Of a stretch of 64,000 nucleotides of DNA, positions 1 through 7,923 are shown piece by piece. Origin of the DNA: an uncultured Bacillales bacterium (GTDB lineage Bacteria > Bacillota_I > Bacilli_A > RF39 > UBA660). Location: contig CAOJRT010000005.1 in assembly GCA_948442255.1 (NCBI GenBank), positions 533-64,532 on the forward strand. The letters run 5' to 3'. The notes under the pieces were generated by a model that had not been told where the DNA came from, did no database searches, and worked only from the letters and a program-made list of their open reading frames with translations. The position numbers were made by a program, and so were the translations under genes. The first letter of the stretch is position 1; every line of letters begins with the position of its first letter.

Positions 1-134
1 CACACCCTTAACAACATTTAAACACTATTAGAAGAGAGTCTCTATTTTATCTACCTTATCACTATAACATCAAAGCAACAATACATTCAATAGTAATTAT
101 ATACACCTTTACAATTAGTAGGCACTTCTACATC

Positions 135-176
135 AAAAAACAGAATTAACTCTTTTAGTTACTCTGTTTTTTCTTT
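135..176 (-). terminator. Imperfect hairpin flanked by an A-run and a T-run; probable rho-independent terminator of the 229..708 gene
   Basis: AAAAAACAGAattaac-loop-gttaCTCTGTTTTTT. The AACAGA/TCTGTT and TAAC/GTTA arms pair, and a T-run follows on the minus strand. Confidence 0.5.
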
Positions 177-228
177 TCTATTATTTTAATTTTCACTATA
201 ACACACCTATTACATGGCAAGTATAGCA

Positions 229-708
229 TTATTCAAGAACTTTATTTTCTATATAGTAAATAGCATGGAAGCCTCTATCCATAAATAATAGTAATTTCCC
301 ATTTTCATTCTCTATAAATAAATAATAACAATTTTTGGGGATAATTTGTAAGTATTCCTCTATTTTCTCTTTATTTTCAGAAGAAACATTACTTTCTATT
401 TTTTCTATTACATATATTAACTCACTATCATTTGACTCTGTTTCTAAAAAGTTGTACTTTTTAATCAAATAATCAACATCCATTGTATAATACAGAGTAG
501 CAATATCAACTTCTTCACTTTCTAATATTCTTTCTCCTCCGCCTCCATAGGCATCAAAGGAACCTAATGGTATATACACATCATATTTTAGTATAAATCT
601 ATCAATACTAAAAAAGAATACAATCAAATCACAAATGAAAAAAATTAGAAATATACTTAGTGAACAGATTAAAATTCTTTTAACATACTTTTTTAAATTT
701 TTTTTCAT
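229..708 (-). CDS. Hypothetical N-terminally membrane-anchored protein
   Basis: The ORF track gives 229..732 from a TTG. An ATG at 708 is preceded by AGGTG, 10 nt after the upstream stop. One hydrophobic helix (ILICSLSIFLIFFICDLIVFFF) is present; no motif recognised. Confidence 0.55.
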   Translation of the reverse strand: MKKNLKKYVKRILICSLSIFLIFFICDLIVFFFSIDRFILKYDVYIPLGSFDAYGGGGERILESEEVDIATLYYTMDVDYLIKKYNFLETESNDSELIYVIEKIESNVSSENKEKIEEYLQIIPKNCYYLFIENENGKLLLFMDRGFHAIYYIENKVLE

Positions 709-718
709 TCTACACCTA

Positions 719-2389
719 CTATCTATATTCAAATGTCATACTAATATTATATGGTTTTAATTGTCCATTTTTTTGCATTTCATAGCCCAAATTATTTACA
801 TATTCCCCTAAGTTATCTGGATTTTCATAGTATTCAGTAAAATCATATGTATCTGAAATTGTTCCATCTTCATCTGTAAATTTTAATACTTCTTGGTCTT
901 CTATCGTTTCTTTTACTAAAGTTTGTACAAGGTTTGGCTTAATCCCTAAACCAAATCCATAATCAGTATTTAACTCTACATCCGTTGTATTATAAACTAA
1001 ATACAAATTAACTGGTAAGGAACTACCAACTGTATTAGCAACATGAAAAGTAGTCGTAAGATTTCCTGTATTATTATTTACATAAGAAGAACCAAAATCA
1101 TGTTTTTGTGATGTATAAGATAGATAAGATTCTAAACCATTAAAATTTTTATAGACAATAGAAAGAAATGGTTTTGCATAACTTGTATCATTATAATCTT
1201 TTGAAATATAAAATGCAGGTCTACTTTTTTCTTGAACGACTTCTTTATATTCTTTAAGCATAATTCCATAATTAGGTTCCCCATTATACCACCTTTGTAC
1301 TAAGTCGGTAAGTTGAAAACTATTTTTATAATCAAAGTTTGGATTTATATTATTTTTATCCATTCTTGAGCCCCAAAAATAATCTTCGATGTGAGGGGAA
1401 TATTTATCATGCATATTACTCCATTTGGCTCCTGATTCTGTCCAATCTTGTGTTAATTTATGTACAGAAATTAATGGATTAACATCTTGATATGCAAGTC
1501 CAAATTCATCTGGACAACAAGAGAGACTGACATTTGCTTCCACAACTTTAAAGCCAGCAGGAATTTTGGGTAAAGTAAACTTTAATAAAGTTCTATAAAT
1601 CTTATTACTTTTATCAGTCCCTACATATAAAACAGATTTATTGTAAGTCGTATCTTCACTATCTCCTTCATAAATATAAGTATCTATAACACTTGTACTT
1701 GATTGTACACTCGTTATAGTAGGATCAATAATAATAGGATAAACTCTTTCTTTATCTTCTAACCATTCTTTATCTACCGTAATTGTAATTTCATAACCAT
1801 TCTCTATTTTTGTTAAATCGTAGGTTACAGATTCTGAATAAACTTGATTGGCATCTACCATATAAGGTTTTTCTATTTTATAATCAATATTTTCTTTAGA
1901 CATCATATAGATAGTATTATCTTCATTTAAGACTAAATCTAAAGTAGTATTGATAATAAAGACATACTGATTCGTTTCTGGTTTTTTATTTAATATAATG
2001 GATTCTTTTAATTGATTAGATAAAGCTTTATATTCAAGAGAAACCTCATCATTCATTTCTTCATAAGTTATAACACTTCTTTTTAGATTTTTGGATAAAG
2101 GTGAAACTCTTAGCTTCCTATTTTTAGGAAACATAGAGAGTTTTTTATCTTTACAAGAAATATTAACTAATGCGTTATCTTTTTCTTCGGTAAAAGTAAC
2201 TTGAAAGTCATTTCTTTTATTTTTAAATCCTTCTTTGGTTTGCACTAAAGTATTATCTATTTCTTGATAAACACCATTTTCTAAATAATGAACAGGATCT
2301 TTATAAAGCTCTACTGTAATTGTCCCATCAGTATTAAGAAAATGTTTTGTATTAGGAGTTCTATACTCTATTAATTCTTTTTTACTCAT
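719..2389 (-). CDS. DNRLRE-domain protein resembling the N-terminal region of WapA/RHS-type wall-associated proteins; appears truncated after the first RHS-like repeat
   Basis: The N-terminus (RTPNTKHFLNTDGTITVELYKDPVHY..NGVYQEID) and the central DTYIYEGDSEDTTYNKSVLYVG..IYRTLLKFTLP segment are typical of DNRLRE-domain proteins. The C-terminus has a YGFGLGIKPNLVQTL..FTDEDGT RHS-like repeat start and then a stop. No signal peptide. RBS GGTGA. Confidence 0.6.
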   Translation of the reverse strand: MSKKELIEYRTPNTKHFLNTDGTITVELYKDPVHYLENGVYQEIDNTLVQTKEGFKNKRNDFQVTFTEEKDNALVNISCKDKKLSMFPKNRKLRVSPLSKNLKRSVITYEEMNDEVSLEYKALSNQLKESIILNKKPETNQYVFIINTTLDLVLNEDNTIYMMSKENIDYKIEKPYMVDANQVYSESVTYDLTKIENGYEITITVDKEWLEDKERVYPIIIDPTITSVQSSTSVIDTYIYEGDSEDTTYNKSVLYVGTDKSNKIYRTLLKFTLPKIPAGFKVVEANVSLSCCPDEFGLAYQDVNPLISVHKLTQDWTESGAKWSNMHDKYSPHIEDYFWGSRMDKNNINPNFDYKNSFQLTDLVQRWYNGEPNYGIMLKEYKEVVQEKSRPAFYISKDYNDTSYAKPFLSIVYKNFNGLESYLSYTSQKHDFGSSYVNNNTGNLTTTFHVANTVGSSLPVNLYLVYNTTDVELNTDYGFGLGIKPNLVQTLVKETIEDQEVLKFTDEDGTISDTYDFTEYYENPDNLGEYVNNLGYEMQKNGQLKPYNISMTFEYR

Positions 2390-2401
2390 AAAATCACCTA
2401 A

Positions 2402-3064
2402 TTAAGATACTCGTTTCCATATAGAAACAACAAGATAAGGGGGCATATTATTATGGTATGCATCTCCTCCTGTATAATCAGTACAAAAACGACCTCCTTG
2501 CGCAATATCACTTTGTTGTAACCAACCCTCACGAGTTCCCCATCCTTTATAATATCCAGAATCATTATCTGGCATCATATGATTATGGACTGGCATTTCT
2601 TCAACACTTAATTTATGAGTTGGTTCTCCACCCAATTCTCCTACTGGGAAATTAAGTAAATCTTTTCTATAAGAACCCCAAGCATTTGTTGTATTCTCTT
2701 CATTGAAACCAGTTCCAAGCAAAAATCTTCCTTTAATTTGTTTCCAAGCTCCTCCAAATAAAGCAGATGGGTTTACACTCCCTACATTCATATAAATAGA
2801 TCCTACAGGATAAATTTGATTAAAATCTAAAGTTTTTTCTTCTGGTTGATTTGTAGTTATACTATTACAAGTAATATTCCCTTCTTCATCAATATGAATC
2901 GTATTCTTTTTTGATGTTAAACACCCAATTTCTACATGGTTAGCTTCTATATCCAAACCCGCCTCTGTTTTAGTAAAATAAGCATCATAATAATTTTCAC
3001 TTGTTTCTTTAAGAAAAGAATCTAACTCTTCTACCATATTTTTTTCTTTTTTATTTTCTAACAT
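2402..3064 (-). CDS. Phage tail-collar / tail-fibre-like protein
   Basis: The C-terminal half (IYPVGSIYM..ALFGGAWKQIKGRFLLG..GGEPTHKLSVEEMPVHNH..AYHNNMPPYLVVSIWKRV) matches the phage Tail_Collar/MdpB-type pattern. No signal peptide. Confidence 0.65.
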   Translation of the reverse strand: MLENKKEKNMVEELDSFLKETSENYYDAYFTKTEAGLDIEANHVEIGCLTSKKNTIHIDEEGNITCNSITTNQPEEKTLDFNQIYPVGSIYMNVGSVNPSALFGGAWKQIKGRFLLGTGFNEENTTNAWGSYRKDLLNFPVGELGGEPTHKLSVEEMPVHNHMMPDNDSGYYKGWGTREGWLQQSDIAQGGRFCTDYTGGDAYHNNMPPYLVVSIWKRVS

Positions 3065-3082
3065 AATTACTTCCTACTTCCT

Positions 3083-4057
3083 TTATTTTATTTTTAATTT
3101 CCAACCTATTTGTATATAGGATGGATTCGTTAATAAACTAGGATATATTTCTTTATTTCTGTCTATTAACTTTGTTATTGTTGTATTATACTTTCTTGCT
3201 AAGGTAAAAAGACTATCTCCTTTTACGACAATATGTATTTGTTCTCTTTGTTCTTTTTCTTTACAAAGTGCATTTACTTTTTGTTGTACTTCTAAATAGT
3301 TATATCCTTCTTCTTCTAACTTTTCTTTTCTCTCTTTTCCGTTTCCATAGTTACCAGAAAGAACTTCATAAGTTATTTCTAATATATTTTTTAAAGGAGA
3401 ACTTGTTTTAGTAAGTCCATTAAGTCCTTTACTTTTTATTATTTTAGGATAATATATATAAGCATAATTTTGATCAACTGTAAAAGAAGCGATTTGATTA
3501 CTTCTTAACAAATTTGTTTCTCCGCCAAATTGCCACATTCCTGCATAGGGACTTGTTGGTTTTTTACTCCCCCAATTCGCCACCCACTTGTCATAAGATG
3601 CAACTTCTTCTAAATCAATATAATGAGTAAACCAATTGGAATTAGCATAGATTCCAACATAAAAATTCTTTGCTTCAAGGTATTCACAAAACCCTTTTAT
3701 CGCTTCGGTTACTAATTTTTTTCCTGCCTTTTGTTGAAAACGAGTATCTTCCACATCAATATAGATAGGATAAAGAAACTCTTTTCCTTTTAAACAATTT
3801 TCGTATAGATAAATGGCTTCTAATTTTCCTTTTTCATAACTTGTAGCACAACTATACCAATAAGCTCCAACAGGAATTCCAACTTTCTTGCATTCTTTAT
3901 AAAAGGTTTCAAATTCTTTATCTTTATTTTTAGTAAATCCGTCTCCATAACCAGTAAACCCAGCTCTTAATATCGCAAATGTGACTCCTTCTTTTTTGGC
4001 TTGTAGAAAAGAAAATCCTTTTTGGTAAGAAGAGACATCTATTCCAAATTTATTCAT
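3083..4057 (-). CDS. Endolysin: GH25 muramidase with a C-terminal LysM domain
   Basis: GH25 start (GIDVSSYQKGFSF..GVTFAILRAG) and YIDVED catalytic region. LysM-like C-terminus (HIVVKGDSLFTLARKYNTTITKLIDRN..IQIGWKLKI). Overlaps the holin stop by 8 nt. Confidence 0.85.
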   Translation of the reverse strand: MNKFGIDVSSYQKGFSFLQAKKEGVTFAILRAGFTGYGDGFTKNKDKEFETFYKECKKVGIPVGAYWYSCATSYEKGKLEAIYLYENCLKGKEFLYPIYIDVEDTRFQQKAGKKLVTEAIKGFCEYLEAKNFYVGIYANSNWFTHYIDLEEVASYDKWVANWGSKKPTSPYAGMWQFGGETNLLRSNQIASFTVDQNYAYIYYPKIIKSKGLNGLTKTSSPLKNILEITYEVLSGNYGNGKERKEKLEEEGYNYLEVQQKVNALCKEKEQREQIHIVVKGDSLFTLARKYNTTITKLIDRNKEIYPSLLTNPSYIQIGWKLKIK

Positions 4058-4391
4058 AGATAGTCTCCTCTTTAATGAATTGAAAAGAATTACATATTTC
4101 TTCGATTAACATATTGAGTTCTAGGTCGGTAATCCGTATTCCTTTTTCTGAAAGCATTTCAACAATAAATATTTTTGCTTTTTCTAATTTTTCTGTTCCA
4201 TTTAAATCTTTATAAATTTGTTCTACAGCATTAACTACAGTTTTTACTACTTTTCTTTTTGTATCATCATTTATATTCTCTTTATAAATGTCTTTTATCT
4301 TTGTTCCAATAAATGTAATAACAGCGGTTAAAAAACTATAAATAAGCGTCGAACCATAATTGGAAACAAATTCTTCTAATACTTCTATTAT
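4050..4391 (-). CDS. Phage holin, LL-H-family-like (not in the supplied ORF track)
   Basis: My translation gives 113 codons open: IIEVLEEFVSNYGSTLIYSFLTAVITFIGTKIKDIYKEN..KRKVVKTVVNAVEQIYKDLNGTEKLEKAKIFIVEMLSEKGIRITDLELNMLIEEI. This is one N-terminal TM helix plus a charged tail, as in LL-H holins. GGAGG lies 8 nt upstream of an ATA codon, and there is no in-frame ATG/GTG/TTG near the RBS. The stop overlaps the endolysin ATG. Confidence 0.6.
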   Translation of the reverse strand: MIEVLEEFVSNYGSTLIYSFLTAVITFIGTKIKDIYKENINDDTKRKVVKTVVNAVEQIYKDLNGTEKLEKAKIFIVEMLSEKGIRITDLELNMLIEEICNSFQFIKEETIYE

Positions 4392-4538
4392 ATTTACTAC
4401 CTCCTTTAATAGAATGTATTTTTTACTTCTTACTGCTCACCTTCCTTCTACTAAAGAGACTTTTTTCGTCTCTCTAAAACCAAGATAAACAAATTGCCAA
4501 TTATTTCCAACCGCTTATTTGGCGATTTTTAAAGGAAA

Positions 4539-4562
4539 TAAAAAAATCGCTTTTTAAGCGAC
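4539..4562 (-). terminator. Rho-independent terminator after the 4567..5346 gene
   Basis: The minus strand reads TCGCTT-AAA-AAGCGA followed by TTTTTTT, starting 5 nt after the stop. Confidence 0.6.
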
Positions 4563-4566
4563 TTTT

Positions 4567-5346
4567 CTACCAATTTCCAATCCATTCTACCAAAGCACGA
4601 TTTATCTCATCGTAATAACTTTTTATAGAAGTATCAAGCACTATTCCTGAACCATTCACACTATATTTTTTAGCATTTTCAAAAGAAATACTTTTCTGGG
4701 CATGGGAGTAATCTCCATAAGCTTCTTGACTAATTAAAGTAAGAGTTGTATTTTTTTCAACATCAAAATAAAAGGTTTGTTTTAAAGAGCTTAAATCTCC
4801 TGTTGGTAAAGAGAAGGTTGTTCCAACCCCAGCAGCAAATACTTGATAAGAGTGAGCGCCCGATGTATAACACTTTCCGTTTGTATAACAATATTCTTGT
4901 TGAAAAGTAGGTGTTCCCTTTATCTTCACTGTTTTGTAATATCCAATTCCCATAATATCAAAACTTCTTGTACTAGGTATGTTCTTCCAAAGTAAGACGT
5001 TTTTATAACGATAGTAACTCCCATTTGTAGCAATAGAAGTAGTCATTTTTTTATAATTCGTAGAAACACTAGCTGAACTATATGGAGATATTATATTTGC
5101 ATCTACTGGTGCTGCGTTATATTCCTCCTCACTTATTTCATAAGTCTTAGATATACTTCCGCTCTTTGCACTTAAAGAATACGCACTGATTTGATTGGGA
5201 TGATAAGTAACTGTCTTATAATACTTGGTTACTTCAGAAACAACTTCAAACTGTTCTTCCTCTTGCTTATTTTCAGCGTGAACAGGTAATGCAAGTAAAC
5301 TAAAAACAATAATACTTAAGAAAAAATAAAGCCAATTCTTTTTCAT
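4567..5346 (-). CDS. Secreted protein of unknown function (signal peptide)
   Basis: An ATG at 5346 is preceded by AAAGGAG. Signal peptide MKKNWLYFFLSIIVFSLLALPVHA/ENK. No sorting signal or recognisable domain. Confidence 0.6.
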   Translation of the reverse strand: MKKNWLYFFLSIIVFSLLALPVHAENKQEEEQFEVVSEVTKYYKTVTYHPNQISAYSLSAKSGSISKTYEISEEEYNAAPVDANIISPYSSASVSTNYKKMTTSIATNGSYYRYKNVLLWKNIPSTRSFDIMGIGYYKTVKIKGTPTFQQEYCYTNGKCYTSGAHSYQVFAAGVGTTFSLPTGDLSSLKQTFYFDVEKNTTLTLISQEAYGDYSHAQKSISFENAKKYSVNGSGIVLDTSIKSYYDEINRALVEWIGNW

Positions 5347-5409
5347 TTTCTCTTCTCCTTTCTCTTTCATTATATTATCTTTGAAGAAAAAATATTTCTA
5401 AAAAGGAGT

Positions 5410-6174
5410 TTAATGTTTACTATATTGATTAAAATAGATAATATCTAATTTTTCTTCATCATATTGGTCTTTGTACTGAATGAGTAGTTTTATTTCTTTC
5501 TCCTTGTGAAATTTTATAGAACTACTCACATCATAAAAATAAATATTCTGTAATGCTTTATGAAATGTGACAAATTCGTTAAAAACAAATTCTTTTTCTC
5601 CTAATAATTGTTCTTCTAAATATAATTGAGCAGATATTTCTTTTACAATTGGTTCTTTTGTAGTTCCAATATAATTCGCATTATATAAAACTGAATCAAT
5701 ATAATAGTTGCTTTCCGACTGATTATAAAGAACAGATCCCTGTATAACATAGGTATCATTTGTTTTATCAAAGTCAACTCTACGCCATTGATGATACTCC
5801 AAGACAAGATAAAAGCCACCAAGAACGAAAAGAATGAGCAAAAGAGAAAAAACAATAATGAGCAAAGGCGGAAGAAAACGCTTCTTCTCCTGTTTTGTAT
5901 AAGTAATTAGATTATTTACTATAAAATCATCTTTTTCTGTCGTATTTTCTTTTTCTAAAGCAGGATTCTTTTCACCTGCTAGCAACTCATTAATTGTAAT
6001 ACCAAGCGCTTCACTTAATGGTCTTAAAAATTTAATATCAGGGGCATATGTTCCACATTCCCATTTTGATATCATTTTGTGATCTGCATGAATAAGAAGT
6101 CCTAATTGTACTTGCGTATATTTTTTCTCTTTCCGCAATTTGGCTATAAATTTCCCTACTTTTTCTTGATCCAT
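5410..6174 (-). CDS. Membrane-tethered XRE-family helix-turn-helix regulator
   Basis: N-terminal HTH_3 pattern (FIAKLRKEKKYTQVQLGLLIHADHKMISKWECG..P), a TM helix (FLPPLLIIVFSLLLILFVLGGFYLVL) and a ~130-aa extracytoplasmic C-terminal domain. Confidence 0.75.
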   Translation of the reverse strand: MDQEKVGKFIAKLRKEKKYTQVQLGLLIHADHKMISKWECGTYAPDIKFLRPLSEALGITINELLAGEKNPALEKENTTEKDDFIVNNLITYTKQEKKRFLPPLLIIVFSLLLILFVLGGFYLVLEYHQWRRVDFDKTNDTYVIQGSVLYNQSESNYYIDSVLYNANYIGTTKEPIVKEISAQLYLEEQLLGEKEFVFNEFVTFHKALQNIYFYDVSSSIKFHKEKEIKLLIQYKDQYDEEKLDIIYFNQYSKH

Positions 6175-6318
6175 AAACTACCACCTAACACAACCCAATT
6201 TTTCTATTCTATCAAGATATTAATATTTATCTTTGCCAAACCCACTATTATTCATAATACATTATTTTTCAAACATTTTCATAAATGTAACCAATAAAAA
6301 AGTAGAAATACCCTTTCT

Positions 6319-6350
6319 AAAAAAAAGAAGCTTTCCATAAGCTACTCTTC
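6319..6350 (-). terminator. Probable terminator downstream of ylmH
   Basis: The minus strand reads GAAGAgtAGCTT-atgga-AAGCTTCTT followed by TTTTTTTT. Confidence 0.5.
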
Positions 6351-6351
6351 T

Positions 6352-7041
6352 CTATTTATACTCTAAAACTTCAATAATAAATCCCCCCTTTTTTGTTTCT
6401 TTTAAAACTCCATTAAATTTATATTTCCCACACTTCCTAACACTAAAGACATCTCCTACTCGTAAGGTTCGTGTAGGTTTTATGGTTTCTACATAATTGC
6501 AAACAACTTCTTTGTTTTTAAATTTATCTAAAATTCCACTTCTGCTACTATGTAATAAAGAAGATAAAACATTATCTAAACGCAAGGAAGAAACAAAAAG
6601 AGAAATTATATTATATTCTTGTACGAAGTTCTCTTTTAATGATAAAGGAGCCTCTTCCAAATGAACTTTCTCATTCTTTATTTCAACCAAAAATTGAAGC
6701 AAATAATCTTTAATAGAAGAAATTACAAAAAGATAAAAAGCATCCTGGTATTTCACGATATCTCCAAAGGTCTCTTCCTTAATACCTAAATGATATAAAG
6801 ACCCCAAGATATCTTGGTGCCTTAAAGAGGGAGCTTCTATTTTCAGTAAAGAAATGGGAGGAATTTCTTTATTATATAAAAGAACATAATTAGAATCTGG
6901 ATATAAAGAATAGAGGGAATACTCTTCTTTACGAATCTTTCCTTTCATAAATAAAAACTCTTTCTGACTAATGAAGTTTGTATACCCATTATGATAAAGC
7001 TCTTCTATAAAATGTTCTACAAAATATTGATTTTTTTTCAT
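6352..7041 (-). CDS. ylmH: YlmH-like S4-domain RNA-binding protein (division-cluster associated)
   Basis: C-terminal S4 motif (RLDNVLSSLLHSSRSGILDKFKNKEVVCNYV..VGDVFSVRKCGKYKF); size and context fit YlmH. Only 1 nt separates it from the upstream gene. Confidence 0.7.
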   Translation of the reverse strand: MKKNQYFVEHFIEELYHNGYTNFISQKEFLFMKGKIRKEEYSLYSLYPDSNYVLLYNKEIPPISLLKIEAPSLRHQDILGSLYHLGIKEETFGDIVKYQDAFYLFVISSIKDYLLQFLVEIKNEKVHLEEAPLSLKENFVQEYNIISLFVSSLRLDNVLSSLLHSSRSGILDKFKNKEVVCNYVETIKPTRTLRVGDVFSVRKCGKYKFNGVLKETKKGGFIIEVLEYK

Positions 7042-7042
7042 C

Positions 7043-7534
7043 TTATTTTCTTCTTATAATTTTAATTAATAATTCATAAATTAGTTTACTGATAAAAACA
7101 ATAACATAATTAAAGAAACTATAGCCAAATAAAACATAATAAGTAACTAAATAATTTCTTGTTGACACATAAAAAACAATAGGGATTAAAGTTAATAATA
7201 GAATAATTAAAGCAATGCTAATATCTTTTATTTCTAATTTATCTTTGCTATTATTTTTATCATAAAAACGATTCAAATATAAAAACAAATTAATAACAGT
7301 AAATAAAAGAATTTCCACTAACCATATCTGATTGGCATTTGGATAGTTTTTTGAAAAAAAAGTAAAAATCGCAAATAAAATCAAATTATCAAAATGAAAA
7401 ATATTCATAAAGTTCTTTTTTATCCAAGTTTTTGTTATTTTATTCTTATTTAAATCTTTTAATGCATTTTTACAAGCAGATTGGAAATACAAATACCATG
7501 GGATAAAAGTTAAATAAATAATTAAATTCTTCAT
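7043..7534 (-). CDS. Polytopic membrane protein, by eye similar to the N-terminal membrane domain of the MurF at 59758..61365
   Basis: An ATG at 7534 has a GAGGTG RBS (the ORF track starts at a GTG at 7543). About 5 hydrophobic helices. Landmarks shared with the MurF N-terminus are listed in the findings. Confidence 0.6.
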   Translation of the reverse strand: MKNLIIYLTFIPWYLYFQSACKNALKDLNKNKITKTWIKKNFMNIFHFDNLILFAIFTFFSKNYPNANQIWLVEILLFTVINLFLYLNRFYDKNNSKDKLEIKDISIALIILLLTLIPIVFYVSTRNYLVTYYVLFGYSFFNYVIVFISKLIYELLIKIIRRK

Positions 7535-7577
7535 GCAAAACACCTCTTCAACTACCCTTATTATACTGGTGTTTTTT

Positions 7578-7805
7578 CTATTTTACAATAAGTATCCCTT
7601 GAAATTTACTATTATAGTCATTTATAAAATCATCTAATAAAGAAGAATCAAAATGTTCATTATTTAAAATGCTGACTTCTACAAGTTGAATTCCATACTG
7701 CGTTAAAATACGATAAAGTTTTCTTTTTAATTGATGTATTAAAGAAAAATTAATTCGATCTTCTATATTAATATAAAGTTTGTTATCCATATAATATATT
7801 TCCAT
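7578..7805 (-). CDS. Small hypothetical protein (75 aa), faint STAS-like look
   Basis: Good RBS (GGCGGTGA). First gene of an apparent 75aa / membrane protein / ylmH operon. No confident motif. Confidence 0.45.
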   Translation of the reverse strand: MEIYYMDNKLYINIEDRINFSLIHQLKRKLYRILTQYGIQLVEVSILNNEHFDSSLLDDFINDYNSKFQGILIVK

Positions 7806-7895
7806 ATTATCACCGCCTTAAATGTATCAAATAAATATGTAAAGTTCCATATATTCGACAAATAATGTCAAAATTAGTGGTTTTTATCTTTATTT

Positions 7896-7904
7896 CTGTT
7901 ATAA
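7896..7904 (+). promoter_or_regulatory. Extended -10 element (TGtTATAAT) upstream of murT
   Basis: TGTTATAAT lies 20 nt upstream of the murT ATG region; the -35 is not obvious. Confidence 0.5.
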
Positions 7905-7923
7905 TTTTTCTAAGGTGATAAAT

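Larger units (their letters stand above)
229..4391 (-). mobile_element. Phage-derived module (holin, endolysin, tail-collar protein, DNRLRE/RHS-like fragment, small membrane protein); possibly a prophage remnant
   Basis: Gene content is described in the individual CDS entries. No integrase or capsid/tail structural genes are visible in the window. A terminator and core genes lie directly upstream at 4.5-7 kb. Confidence 0.4.

Noticed and set aside
4455-4478. Hairpin AGAGAC-ttttttc-GTCTCT upstream of the holin gene, considered as a terminator or regulatory RNA
   Set aside because: It is a short 6-bp stem with no flanking T-run on either strand, so it cannot be distinguished from chance in AT-rich DNA.
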